A stretch of DNA of 64,000 nucleotides from a bacterium (GCA_963669175.1 OY769902.1:3424001-3488000), one strand, 5' to 3'; numbered from the stretch's first letter, positions 1 to 10,641 are shown. Notes: generated from the letters alone by a model not told the origin. Numbers and translations: made by a program.

Positions 1-314
1 GTCTATTGTATCCGTGGCCTGTACGACATCGCCCTGTTACTGAACCGTCACGCAGACACTCTGGACTGGACGCGCATCGTCCACTTCGCCCAAAAGCACC
101 ACCTCGAGCATCCTGTCGCACTACCGTTGCTGTTGGCGAAAATTCTGTACCGAGCGCCACTCGATGACATCATACCGTCCCGCCTGACCGTCCGATCCAT
201 GCGTCAACGCGCGCTAGGCATCGCCCTGAAACTGACCCTGGCATCTGATCACGACTACAAACGGATTCCACCACCGGGGAGGGAAATGCTATGGAATCAT
301 TCATATACTAATTT

Positions 315-1828
315 GTCGTCTCTGAAGAAATATGTAACGAGTTGGTAATAAAGGTATTTACAAGGAGAATGTGAGGTATTATATTGCAGGAAAAGTACGC
401 GAAACCGTTCATTTTCCGGTGAATTATGCATCCGAAAAAGCAGCTTTCCGATGTGGACATATTCCGGAGTCGTCTCGATCAGATGATTGATATGCGACGT
501 CCGTTGGTATTGCTTGCCGACCGCATGGATTGGTCGGCGTTCGAGTCAGAATTTGGCGCCTTGTACTTTGAAAAACGAGGTCGTCCGGGGCTTCCGATCC
601 GTCTGCTGGTGGGCTTGAGCTACTTGTCCCGCATGTACAATCTCAGCGATGAGGCGGTGGTGGAAGCGTGGGTGGACAACCCGTACTGGCAGTATTTCTG
701 CGGGTTTGACCATTTTCAGCACGAGTTTCCACTTCACCCGAGCAGCCTGGTTCGCTGGCGGAAACGGATTGGCGAAAAAGGCATGGAATTTCTTCTTCAA
801 CAGACGCTTCATTCTGCCCGTACGATGAAAGCCTTGACCATGGGTGATCTTTCCCGTGTGAATGTTGACACGACCGTACAGGAGAAGGCGATCCGTTTTC
901 CGACAGATGCCCGTCTCTATCACCGCATGCGTGAATGCCTTGTCAGGCTTGCGAAACGTGACGGTATTCATCTTCGTCAAAGTTACGCACAGGTTGGTAA
1001 AAAGACCCTGTTGATGCAACATCGCTACGGTCATGCCCGCCAGATGAAACGCGCCGCGAAAGAGACGAAACGCCTGAAGACCCAGTTGGGTTGTGTGTAT
1101 CGGGACATTGGACGAAAGCTTCCGGACACCGCTTCCCAGGCCCTTCGTCGCTTGCTTGTCCTGGCGGAGCGTCTTCTTCAGCAGGCACGTACGGACAAGA
1201 ACAAGCTGTACAGTGTGCATGAACCGGACGTGGAGTGCATCGCCAAGGGTAAAGTGCATAAGAAGTACGAGTTTGGTTGCAAAGCCGGTATTGTCACGAC
1301 CAGTGCAGGCAACTGGGTGGTTGGCGCGTTGGCTTTTCACGGCAATCCCTATGACGGGCATACGCTGGCGCAGTCCCTGGAGCAGATGCAGCGTCTGACC
1401 GGAGTCGTGCCGTCCGCAACATACTGCGACAAAGGCTATCGTGGTCACAACTACACGGGTGAAAGCATGGTTCACGTTGTCAATTGGAAACGCAAAAAGC
1501 TGAGTCGTTCGGAAAAACGCTGGTTCAAACGACGAGCGGCCATCGAACCTGTGATCGGTCACCTGAAGGATGATCACAGGCTAAACAGAAACCGGTTGAA
1601 GGGGAAAGACGGCGATCAGATTAACGTGATGCTGGCCGCGTGCGGCCTGAACCTGCGAAAACTGCTGCGGGTTCTTTTGTCTCTGTTTAAAAAGGGTAGA
1701 AAAGGGGCGGTGCCAGCGCAATCTCAACTGCAATTACTCCTTGAAGCGTTCATTATGCGCTATGCCAATCCATTCCCGACTGAAAAAGGGATACCCGCTG
1801 TTTAAATATTGAATTTATCAGAATCGAC
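315..1828 (+). mobile_element. IS5-family insertion sequence
   Basis: Imperfect terminal IRs (GTCGTCTCTGAAGAAA; right end reverse complement GTCGATTCTGATAAAT). Direct repeat TAATTT at 309-314 and 1829-1834. Encloses a transposase. Confidence 0.9.
426..1805 (+). CDS. IS5-family DDE transposase
   Basis: GRP, LSDE, W.DNPYWQYFCG, VDTTVQEK, KGKVHKKYEFG, DKGYRG and RAAIEPVIGHLK motifs. Confidence 0.95.
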   Translation: MHPKKQLSDVDIFRSRLDQMIDMRRPLVLLADRMDWSAFESEFGALYFEKRGRPGLPIRLLVGLSYLSRMYNLSDEAVVEAWVDNPYWQYFCGFDHFQHEFPLHPSSLVRWRKRIGEKGMEFLLQQTLHSARTMKALTMGDLSRVNVDTTVQEKAIRFPTDARLYHRMRECLVRLAKRDGIHLRQSYAQVGKKTLLMQHRYGHARQMKRAAKETKRLKTQLGCVYRDIGRKLPDTASQALRRLLVLAERLLQQARTDKNKLYSVHEPDVECIAKGKVHKKYEFGCKAGIVTTSAGNWVVGALAFHGNPYDGHTLAQSLEQMQRLTGVVPSATYCDKGYRGHNYTGESMVHVVNWKRKKLSRSEKRWFKRRAAIEPVIGHLKDDHRLNRNRLKGKDGDQINVMLAACGLNLRKLLRVLLSLFKKGRKGAVPAQSQLQLLLEAFIMRYANPFPTEKGIPAV

Positions 1829-2343
1829 TAATTTGGCAAAGATGCTAAGAAGAGAACTCATTCAAAAACGCCTCACAGATTGACGCCATACCAGCTCGAC
1901 AACCTCTTGCAGCCTACAAATACTGTATAATAATCGTATGCTTATGCGTAATGACTCTTTCTGTGTCCCTTTCGGTACTTTGTGTTATTTATTCATCCGG
2001 CAAGATGATTCTAAGCAACATTGCTTTTAGCATTTTAGATAAAATACCAAATAGGTCTTGTATTTAGCGAATAGTATATTATCTTTATTCTATACTTTGA
2101 CATATGATAATAGCCCAACATTTTGAATGACGACATAATATTTTTAGGGCAATATGGCTATTCTGGTATTATTTGCAAAATATTAGCAGGACTGATAATT
2201 CTGGTAACTTGAGAATATCATAAATCAGCATGAAATGTGGAATGATAATGATTTTCTAATAATCATATTCTTGGCAATTCATGTAACAATAGGATGTGAT
2301 GCTATGCACTGGGTACGGTCTAAAGCGTTAAGGAGGAGGAATC

Positions 2344-5300
2344 ATGAAACGACACATTGCTTTGATGTCATTGCTATGTATGGCGTTTTACGCCAAGGCC
2401 CAGTTAACTCTAGAATGGAGCCAAGTATACGGAGGCGACGGCAATGATTATGGACAATCTGTTGTTCTGGCCAATGATGGACATGTTGTTATAGGGGGAT
2501 TTGGATCCTCTTATGGTGATGGTCAGTGGGATGGCGCAATATATAAACTTGATAATTCTACTGGAAATGAACTTTGGTCAACGAGTAATTGGGAAAATGG
2601 TTGGGATCGTTGTTTGAATATTGTATGTAAAAATGATGGCGGATTCGCTGTTGGAGGAGATAGAAATGCTGTAGGGGATTTCTACCTTGCCTTTTTCACT
2701 GCAGAAGGTTCCTTTGCAAATTCATATACTTATAATAACGGAGGTTATGATCATTGTTACTCTATAATTGAGATTGACGAAAGTAGATTTTCTCTCGCTG
2801 GAAAATGCGATGTTACATACTGGGATTTCTGCTTGATGGAAGCAGGGAGCGATGGACAATTCCACTGGATGCAACATTACAATAGCCGTTCAGAATCTGT
2901 TCACAAGCATATTCAGTTGGGTGATGGTGGTTTTCTCATTTTTGGGCATACTGAACCAGTTGTAGATTCCTGGGATATGTGGCTTGTCAGGACAGATTCT
3001 CTTGGCAATTTTCTCTGGGCTGAAGCTTATGGGGGAGAAGGTAATGAATATGGGCGAGACGTAATATCCACAAATGACGGAGATTACATACTTGTTGGAC
3101 GAACGAATTCTGTGGGAAACGGTAATTATGATGCCTATATATTGAAAGTTGACCAAAATGGAAACGTGATATGGGAAGAGACTTTTGGTGGCACTGAAAA
3201 TGAAGAATATATAGCAGTAACGTGTATGGGTGAATATATTATAGCTGTAGGGTATACGGAATCCTTCGGTGCAGGAGGAAAAGATGGTGTTATATCTATA
3301 TATTCTTATTCTGGAAATTTATTGGAATCATTATACGCTGGTGGACAGTACGATGATCAATATAATTCTATTATAACAGATATAGACAATATATATATTG
3401 GAGGAGAAAGAGAGAACGATCAAGATAACAATATGGATATATGGTTAGAAAAGTATTCAGTAGTATACGATCATTATGAGTCTGTAACATGGAATAATAG
3501 CATTATTGATAATGATATTTTTGGAATTAGAGATATTCAAGCTGCTGATGTTGATGGTGATGGAGATCCTGATTTGATCGTAGCTGCAGCAGTAGATGAT
3601 AGTATATATTGGTATGAAAATGATAGTGATGTATTTTTAAAATATTCTATAAGTTATAGTATCAATAATGTACTATCAGTATGTGTGGCAGATGTCAATT
3701 ATGATAATGATTATGATATTGTTTCAGCATCATATGAGGATAATAATATATTATATTTTGAAAATATCAATTCATTAGGTAGCTATAATATATCTTATGA
3801 AGTTAATAACTTTGATTCAGAATATTCATTTGATGCAATAGTATTTGATGTAGATTCTGATAGCGACATGGATATTGTTGCAGCAGGATACAATACTATT
3901 AAATGGATAGAAAATACGGGGAATAACACTTATACAATTAGTCATGATATTATTAATGGTTTTGAAGGTGGCCAGAATATTTATATGAACGATCAGGATT
4001 CGGATGGTGACATGGATATTTTGCGTGTGGGTGAACGCTGGGATGAATTAAGTTGGTTTGAGAATGATGGTAGTGGACAATTCTTGATTCATAATTTACA
4101 ATCTCTTACTGGAGCAACAAATGTCAAAGGCACAGATTTAGATGGGGATGGCGATCAAGATATTGTTGCCTGTGGGGGGCGAGGTCATTGTATTAATTGG
4201 TATGAAAATGATGGAAATCAAAATTTCCAGACGCATACCGTAATTGACGGCTTTTTAAATGCATATAATTCAATAATTGTGGACATAGATAATGATGGAG
4301 ATTTAGACATTGCAGGAGTAAGTGAAAATGGTAATAAAGTATCCTGGTTCGAAAACGATGGGAACCAGAACTTTCAGGAAAGGGATGTAGCATCTTTGGA
4401 TAGACCGTTTGCACTTTGCCCTATTGACTATGATCAGGATGGTGATATGGACCTGGTATCGGCCGAATACTACCAAGGAACATTGCAATTATATGAAAAT
4501 ACAATGAATCCAGATGTAAATACGATTCACTGTACCATCCCTCAAAACCAGTGGACACTCATCGGCATCCCGGTTGAAGTAACCGATGGCTCTTGGTCAA
4601 CGCTGTTCGGGGATGATGTTTCCGGAAGCGCCGGTGTGACCTGGCGGCTGAGCCAGTGGGATGCGGCAAACAACACGTACATCCGTTATGGGGAAGCGGA
4701 TCATCCCACCGACCTGGGGCAGAACCCGCCAGCCTTTGCGCCGGGATTGGGCTACTGGTTTTACCAGACAGAAGCGGCCATGTTAACCCTGGACATCACA
4801 CCGGCCCAGATCAATCGTGCAGTCAGTGAAGGCGCACCCTGCCAGCTAAGCATGAACCAGGGCGCCAATGCTGCGACACAGGTGGCCAATCCGTTCAACT
4901 ATACCTCCGACTGGCGACGCATGCGCATCTATGACGACGCCAATGATCAGCGCTGGTCCATTTTCGCCGCCGCTCAGAACGGCAGCATGAACTCCTACGC
5001 GTATATCTACAACGGCTCGAGCGGGGAATGGGAGAACGTGCAGTGTTACGGCACGAACAACGTCACCCTTGATGCCTGGGAAGGTTTCTTCGTCAAGCAG
5101 ACCGATGGGGATAATAGCTTCCAACTTGAGATGATGCCGGCCAACCTGCTGAGCGGCGAGCCAGAAGGCGCAGATTTTGAGCTGGATGAACCGGGCGGGT
5201 TTATGCTGCCGTTGGAGCTGCGGATGATCAATGGCCCCCGTCGTGACACGCAGAACCGTATCGGCGTCCACAGCAGCGCCAACGACGGCTATGATTGGCT

Positions 5301-5940
5301 CGACGCCTTTGAGTTCACCCCACGCACCCCAGAATTTGCTCAACTCTATTTCGACCACAGCACTCGTGATGAGATGCCGGATGTGTATTCCTATGACTAC
5401 CGTAGCGCAGATTTCAGCGGCGGCTCCAAGACGTGGTACTTCACCGTGCGTACGTGGCAGTTGCCGGGCGAAGAACTGGAGCTGACCTGGCCGGGGATCG
5501 AGATGGTTGATGACGCCTACGAACTGCTGCTCTACACCCCGGACAACACCGAGATCGACCTACGGACAACCGATAGCTTCACCTTCACCAGTAACAACGA
5601 AGCGGACAGCCGTCAGAACTTCATGATCGTCTGCCGTTGTTCGGGTAACGAAATAGCCGAAAGCAGTACACTACCGGTGAAGTTCGGTATCCATGATCTC
5701 TACCCGAACCCGTTCAATGACCAGGTTCGCATCAGCTACGGCCTCCCGGAAGCGGGGGATGTGCGGTTGACCGTGTTCAATATTCTTGGGCAACAGGTGG
5801 CACGGATCGCAGAGGGCAACCGCACCGCTGGCTTGCACCACACCCAGTGGCATGCGAAGAACATGGCCAGTGGGGTGTATATCGTAAAACTGGAAGCGGC
5901 AGGGCAGAGCGTGGTAAGGAAAGTGCAACTGGTTCGATGA
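2344..5940 (+). CDS. Secreted multi-domain protein: N-terminal beta-propeller, FG-GAP/VCBS-like Ca-binding repeats, C-terminal T9SS/FlgD-like sorting domain
   Basis: SD AGGAGG and a signal peptide. Repeated YGG..D.G motifs and repeated D.DGDGD.D...WYENDG units. Ends YPNPFN...ASGVYIV...RKVQLVR. Confidence 0.85.
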   Translation: MKRHIALMSLLCMAFYAKAQLTLEWSQVYGGDGNDYGQSVVLANDGHVVIGGFGSSYGDGQWDGAIYKLDNSTGNELWSTSNWENGWDRCLNIVCKNDGGFAVGGDRNAVGDFYLAFFTAEGSFANSYTYNNGGYDHCYSIIEIDESRFSLAGKCDVTYWDFCLMEAGSDGQFHWMQHYNSRSESVHKHIQLGDGGFLIFGHTEPVVDSWDMWLVRTDSLGNFLWAEAYGGEGNEYGRDVISTNDGDYILVGRTNSVGNGNYDAYILKVDQNGNVIWEETFGGTENEEYIAVTCMGEYIIAVGYTESFGAGGKDGVISIYSYSGNLLESLYAGGQYDDQYNSIITDIDNIYIGGERENDQDNNMDIWLEKYSVVYDHYESVTWNNSIIDNDIFGIRDIQAADVDGDGDPDLIVAAAVDDSIYWYENDSDVFLKYSISYSINNVLSVCVADVNYDNDYDIVSASYEDNNILYFENINSLGSYNISYEVNNFDSEYSFDAIVFDVDSDSDMDIVAAGYNTIKWIENTGNNTYTISHDIINGFEGGQNIYMNDQDSDGDMDILRVGERWDELSWFENDGSGQFLIHNLQSLTGATNVKGTDLDGDGDQDIVACGGRGHCINWYENDGNQNFQTHTVIDGFLNAYNSIIVDIDNDGDLDIAGVSENGNKVSWFENDGNQNFQERDVASLDRPFALCPIDYDQDGDMDLVSAEYYQGTLQLYENTMNPDVNTIHCTIPQNQWTLIGIPVEVTDGSWSTLFGDDVSGSAGVTWRLSQWDAANNTYIRYGEADHPTDLGQNPPAFAPGLGYWFYQTEAAMLTLDITPAQINRAVSEGAPCQLSMNQGANAATQVANPFNYTSDWRRMRIYDDANDQRWSIFAAAQNGSMNSYAYIYNGSSGEWENVQCYGTNNVTLDAWEGFFVKQTDGDNSFQLEMMPANLLSGEPEGADFELDEPGGFMLPLELRMINGPRRDTQNRIGVHSSANDGYDWLDAFEFTPRTPEFAQLYFDHSTRDEMPDVYSYDYRSADFSGGSKTWYFTVRTWQLPGEELELTWPGIEMVDDAYELLLYTPDNTEIDLRTTDSFTFTSNNEADSRQNFMIVCRCSGNEIAESSTLPVKFGIHDLYPNPFNDQVRISYGLPEAGDVRLTVFNILGQQVARIAEGNRTAGLHHTQWHAKNMASGVYIVKLEAAGQSVVRKVQLVR

Positions 5941-5993
5941 TTCGGTGATACAGTTCAGATTGTTCAAAGGTTGGCTTAAGAAAACCGTGGTTA

Positions 5994-6030
5994 AAAAAAC
6001 AGGGACTTGAGATTGCTCTCAAGTCCCTTT
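5994..6030. terminator. Intrinsic terminator between convergent CDS and tRNA-fMet
   Basis: AGGGACTTGAG-attgct-CTCAAGTCCCT hairpin with A-tract on the left and T residues on the right. Confidence 0.75.
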
Positions 6031-6032
6031 CT

Positions 6033-6109
<77 letters not shown>

Positions 6110-6505
6110 ATCAGGCCTTGAGTATAGTAAAATGCAGCGAGATTGTCAAGGGATGATTAGGCCACGCTCCAGGGAATGCCCCACTCTTTTTTCTAATCCC
6201 CCCGAACCAAGTGTACTGATCTGCTCATCACCATTCAGGTAAACTTATGCGTCGGGGCGTGCAATTCCTGAAGCCAACAACACCTCGATCCATCTGAATT
6301 GGCCCATTGGTGTGATCTTTTGCATGCCACCAGCTTTTTCTTCTGCATACCTTGTTAATGGGAGCAGGGGGAACATCCAGTTCTTTGATTCCTTGCCTCT
6401 CAGAAACCACAGGTGTGAATCCTGCCAACGAATTCTGCCTGTCAAGTTTAATACCAACAATATTCATGTTGTGTATTATCATAGATATAACGATGTTTAC
6501 CAGAA

Positions 6506-6522
6506 TTGGCAAAGGCTTTGCA
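6506..6522 (+). promoter_or_regulatory. Putative sigma54 -24/-12 promoter
   Basis: TTGGCAAAGGCTTTGCA matches GG-N10-GC, after an AT-rich tract and upstream of 6692. Confidence 0.5.
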
Positions 6523-6691
6523 AATAGAAATGTCAAAGTAGTTCAGAGGCCTGGAAACAGGCATTCACAAGCGAGAGATGGATTTGCACTGGGAAGCAGG
6601 TAGAATTGCGTTGCCTCCGGTGTTCAGCCTATCTTGAAAGATTAAAGCAAACATTACAGCGAAACGAAAGCTGTTTAGCAGGAGGGGAAGG

Positions 6692-7507
6692 ATGAGAGTC
6701 ATACGTCGAAGCATCGCCGCGACCCTCTGCATACTGGTGTTGGGAACGATTGGACAGGCGCAACAAGCCGTTACGGAAAATGTCGGCGATGGTGTCATTG
6801 ACTGGACCAACCAGACAGTTCGAGCTACCGGCTACGCGATTGATGGAGCCGTAGGTGGGCTGCCTGGGAAAGTTCGCGCCGCCAAGCTGGATGCATTGAG
6901 GAAAATTCTTGAGACGGTTAAAGGCGCACGCCTGAACAGTGAAACAACCGTCCGGAATTTCATGTTGGAATCGGACCAGGTGACCATGCGGGTTCAGGGT
7001 ATGGTACAGAACTTCCGCGAGGTAGGTGATCCGGTCTATACTGCCGAAGGTGACCTGGCCATGACCATTGAAATGGACATGCGTGGGCCGGGACAGCTCT
7101 ACGATGTCGTCTTACCGCAAGTCCACCAGTCGCCTCGTATGGTCGGTGGGACCATCAGCAACAATACTGTGTATACAGGTCTGATCATTGACGCTCGTGG
7201 ATTGGGACTGCGTCCCGCGCTTGCGCCACAGGTGTTTGATGAAACAGGCGAAATCGTATATGGTCAGCGTCAGGTAGATCGTGAGTGGTTGCTGAAGTAC
7301 GGCATGGCATCCTACTCGCGCGATATTGCTGACGCACGTGCGAATGACAGAATCGGTGACAATCCACTGGTGGTGTCTGCGAAAGAGGTTACCGGCGCCA
7401 ACCGTACGGATGTCGTTATCGATGATCAGTCTGCCGCTACTCTGCTGGGAGTCAGTGAAAACCTGACTTTCCTGCAGGACTGTCGAGTCATATTCCTGGT
7501 TGACTAA
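6692..7507 (+). CDS. Exported LPP20-like conserved protein
   Basis: SD GGAGG and a signal peptide. G.IDWT...V.ATG, RAA.LDA.R.ILE.V.G and YTGLIIDARGL..PAL.P motifs. Confidence 0.7.
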   Translation: MRVIRRSIAATLCILVLGTIGQAQQAVTENVGDGVIDWTNQTVRATGYAIDGAVGGLPGKVRAAKLDALRKILETVKGARLNSETTVRNFMLESDQVTMRVQGMVQNFREVGDPVYTAEGDLAMTIEMDMRGPGQLYDVVLPQVHQSPRMVGGTISNNTVYTGLIIDARGLGLRPALAPQVFDETGEIVYGQRQVDREWLLKYGMASYSRDIADARANDRIGDNPLVVSAKEVTGANRTDVVIDDQSAATLLGVSENLTFLQDCRVIFLVD

Positions 7508-7612
7508 TCTGTTTATAGATGATAGCAGGATGGAGGCTGATCTCTGTCCGGATATGACGGTTGAACATGAAAAAGTCGTGAAAACGCGACCTGAACATGT
7601 GGAGAAAACACC

Positions 7613-8785
7613 ATGAAGAGCATACGAGTACTGCTGCCATTGGCCCTCTTATTCGGCCTTGCGCTTGGAACCGGGTGTAGTAAAAAGCTCGTCAAAGAAT
7701 CCGAACTGGACACCCCGCAGTACCACGTCCGTAAAGGCAAGGAACTGATCGAACGTGGTGACCTGGAAGGGGCGCGAATCTCCTTCGAACGTGCACAGGA
7801 TCTGGATGCTGAATTTGCCCAGGCATATGCCGGACTGGCCATCGTAGAAGCGTTGGAAGGCGAATACGGTGTCGCGCATGATCGTGCCGACCAGGCCATC
7901 CGCCGTGACAAAAAAGATCCCTGGTGCCATGTGGCGCGTGCACAGGTCTATTTGATCGAGAAGCGTGGTAAGACTGAAAAATGGCTGGATAACGTAGAAG
8001 ACAATCTCGAAGAAGCAATCAAGCTGAATCCACGAATGGGCGAAGCCTATTACTGGTGGGGAATGGCCTACCGTGATGCGTTGCAATTCACCGAAGCCGG
8101 CAACAAATTCGCTGAAGTCATCGCATTTAAAGATGACTGGTCCGAAAAGGCTGACAAGCAATACGAGATCATTCAGAAGATCCAGCGCGCGGCGCCGGGT
8201 ACCGAGATCGGGAAGCGTATTGCCCTGGTAGAAGCGATTACACGAGCGGACCTGGCCGTCCTGTTTATGGAAGAGCTGAAACTGCGTGAAGTGCTGAAGA
8301 AGAACCGTCCGATTGAAACTGTAGGGCAGACCTTCGTGCCGCCCACGAACCTGAACGAATATGTCCCCAGCGACGATGAAGGATCACAGGGGGGAGGCAT
8401 CAAGCTCCCGCGTGACGTGCAAGACAACTGGGCGCAGCTCTGGATCAAGGACGTTATCGAGCTGGACGTGATGGAAGTAAGCCCGGACAACAAATTCTAT
8501 CCGGATCGTAACGTCACCCGTGCCGAATTCGCCGTTTTCCTGATGAATATCCTGATTGATGCGCTGCACGAACCTGATCTTATAAATGACTATATAGGCG
8601 AGAGATCACGTTTTAAAGATATCCCGGAAGGCACGGCAGCGTACATCGGTGCGGCGATCGTGGTGGACCGTGGTATCATGGACGCGGACCTGGACGGCTT
8701 GTTCCATCCCACGGATACCGTGAGCGGAGCGGACGCCCTGCTGACTATCCGTAAGTTCCAGAACCGGCTCAGAATGGAGTTCTAA
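7613..8785 (+). CDS. Lipoprotein with TPR repeats and S-layer homology (SLH) domains
   Basis: Lipobox LGTGC, TPR-like helices, SLH motifs ITRADLA, FYPDRNVTRAEFA and FHPTDTVSGADA. Confidence 0.8.
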   Translation: MKSIRVLLPLALLFGLALGTGCSKKLVKESELDTPQYHVRKGKELIERGDLEGARISFERAQDLDAEFAQAYAGLAIVEALEGEYGVAHDRADQAIRRDKKDPWCHVARAQVYLIEKRGKTEKWLDNVEDNLEEAIKLNPRMGEAYYWWGMAYRDALQFTEAGNKFAEVIAFKDDWSEKADKQYEIIQKIQRAAPGTEIGKRIALVEAITRADLAVLFMEELKLREVLKKNRPIETVGQTFVPPTNLNEYVPSDDEGSQGGGIKLPRDVQDNWAQLWIKDVIELDVMEVSPDNKFYPDRNVTRAEFAVFLMNILIDALHEPDLINDYIGERSRFKDIPEGTAAYIGAAIVVDRGIMDADLDGLFHPTDTVSGADALLTIRKFQNRLRMEF

Positions 8786-8863
8786 AGACTGATTCAGTCG
8801 CTATATAAAGTATTGACTTCAGCTTCAGACAGTTTTGTTAAGACAACTTTGTAGTGAAAAGAT

Positions 8864-8889
8864 ATCCCCGACTTGTTCGGGGATTTTTT
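8864..8889 (+). terminator. Intrinsic terminator
   Basis: ATCCCCGA-cttgt-TCGGGGAT followed by a T-tract. Confidence 0.7.
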
Positions 8890-8985
8890 GTGCGTGGAAG
8901 GATGATTTCGCATCAATACAATTTGAATATGTCATCACCATTCCAATATACCATTCTCGGTTTATATGTCACAGTGCCAACAACA

Positions 8986-9014
8986 TGTCATCCCCGGCTT
9001 GAACGGGGATCTCG
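8986..9014 (+). repeat. REP-like palindromic unit (copy A)
   Basis: TGTCATCCCCGGCTTGAACGGGGATCTCG is the exact reverse complement of 11832-11860. Confidence 0.85.
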
Positions 9015-9444
9015 AGGTTCTACTTAAAAGCCGACCACGCGCAGTAGAAGACATATTGGAACTGTCCAAAATCCAGGCCGCATTGTGTGTCAGGATACAG
9101 GATTTCCAAATACGGGAGAGTATTAACGAATTCCGGCCAGGCATGGCCGGGCTACGAAAAACCTGCCCAACAAGAACCAATCCACTTCGCAACACAACCT
9201 GAAAAGCAGGCGCGTCCAGACGCGATTCCGTAACCCGAAACAACACCAGCAGAAAGCCAACCCGGCAGGCAGGATGATTTCTTGGCGTCACTATCCACAC
9301 ACTTAACCACACGTGAGTACGAGAGGGGAACCTTCATAACCCAATAACAACCAAATAATTACCACACGCCTTCAATTATACATAATATAGATTATCGGCA
9401 AGACAATACTGACCATCTCTGTAATTGAAATAACCTGCGACGGA

Positions 9445-10641
9445 TCATTCGTTCTTTGCTTCTATACTTAGCGGATGAATGAACAATTCTGGATTGTTCG
9501 CTTGTAATGGAATTAATAATGCTGAATCAAGTTTTGCTTGGTATAGTGTCCCGGCTTGCCCTAGCTGCTCAACGGTAGCATTAATTACGCCCCTGAGATC
9601 AGCACCAATTAGATCTGCCTTTCCTAGTAAAGTACATTCTATGTTGGCACCACTAAGAAAAACCTTCTCAAGATGTGTATGCCTTAGGTCAGCATAACAA
9701 AGGTCTGCACCACCAAGGTAAGCGCCACTAAGATTAGCACACCAGAGTTGCGTTCTGGAAAGATTTGCGCCACCTGTTTTTAGATCTGCACCACCAAGGT
9801 AAGCACCGCTGAGATTAGTGTACCAAAGAATAGAATTTTCTATATTTGCACTCCATAAGTTAGCGTTACTTAGGTCCGCGCTACAGAGGTTGGCATCGCG
9901 AAGATCACTATCCTTAAGATTTATACCGCTAAGGTCTGCATCTCTTATGTCCGCACTATTAAGGTTCGCATCTCTAAGGTTGGAGGCACTAACATTGGCT
10001 TTTCTTAGGATAACGCCGTTGAGATTTGCGCCTCTTAGGATGACGTTACTAAGGTCAGCACTGCTCAAATTGGTTCTGTGAAAATTAGCCTCATATAAAT
10101 TCTGACAACCTGATAAATCAATTCCATCTAGGTTCAAGCTGTCAAGATTTTCTTTCCATATTTCAACAATTTCCTTTGTTTGCTCCACCCCTTCTTCGTA
10201 TCTAGACATATTGCCAAATGCCAAAGCTATTGATATCGGATCAAACAAGTCAGGTTTGGTAGGGCAACTCATCTGTTGGATTGCGGGAATTCGTTCCAAG
10301 GCTTTACCGCGGCTTTCTGGTGATCCAAGTTGGTCCACAACGGAGCTGATCCTGTTTTCTATAATATCTATTCTGTTCTCATAGCGTTGTGAGGCGATAC
10401 CGAACAGGGCGACATAAATTCCGAGAAACCAGATGAAAAATGTTGGTGGTGGTAGTGGTTTGTCCCATTCGCCTGTGTTTGGGTTCTTTGCACGTAGATA
10501 TGATTTATACTTCCAAGGCTCAAATATTCTACTGGCAATTGCTCGTATTCCCAGGAAATCCCAGAATATTAGAGCTGCTATGATTTTCCATCTTTCTTCC
10601 GGACTTCTGTCTTTCAAGATATTGCTGACAAATTGCCGCAT
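9445..10641 (-). CDS. Pentapeptide-repeat protein with N-terminal membrane segments
   Basis: Long A(D/N)L.. repeat run and hydrophobic segments. ATG at 10641 follows SD GGGAGG. Low GC. Confidence 0.85.
   Translation of the reverse strand: MRQFVSNILKDRSPEERWKIIAALIFWDFLGIRAIASRIFEPWKYKSYLRAKNPNTGEWDKPLPPPTFFIWFLGIYVALFGIASQRYENRIDIIENRISSVVDQLGSPESRGKALERIPAIQQMSCPTKPDLFDPISIALAFGNMSRYEEGVEQTKEIVEIWKENLDSLNLDGIDLSGCQNLYEANFHRTNLSSADLSNVILRGANLNGVILRKANVSASNLRDANLNSADIRDADLSGINLKDSDLRDANLCSADLSNANLWSANIENSILWYTNLSGAYLGGADLKTGGANLSRTQLWCANLSGAYLGGADLCYADLRHTHLEKVFLSGANIECTLLGKADLIGADLRGVINATVEQLGQAGTLYQAKLDSALLIPLQANNPELFIHPLSIEAKNE

Larger units (their letters stand above)
1..1883 (+). pseudogene. 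3' part of a nucleotidyltransferase-family (NTP_transf_5-like) gene, interrupted near its C-terminus by IS5; 5' end lies outside the window
   Basis: Frame 1 is open from base 1 (VYCIRGLYDIALLLNRHADTLDWTRIVHFA, a typical 'YDI..l.....lDW' motif). Removing 315-1834 restores ...SYTNLAKMLRRELIQKRLTD* with TGA at 1881-1883. Confidence 0.6.

Noticed and set aside
546-1577. Long antisense ORFs (also 33791-34723, 26860-27633, 35106-35735, 62832-63284)
   Set aside because: They are shadows of well-supported opposite-strand genes or overlap tRNAs, with no recognisable motifs.
3480-4500. CRISPR or DNA tandem array in the repetitive stretch
   Set aside because: The repeats are degenerate protein-level FG-GAP units within an ORF. 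The same applies to the pentapeptide repeats near 9600-10100.
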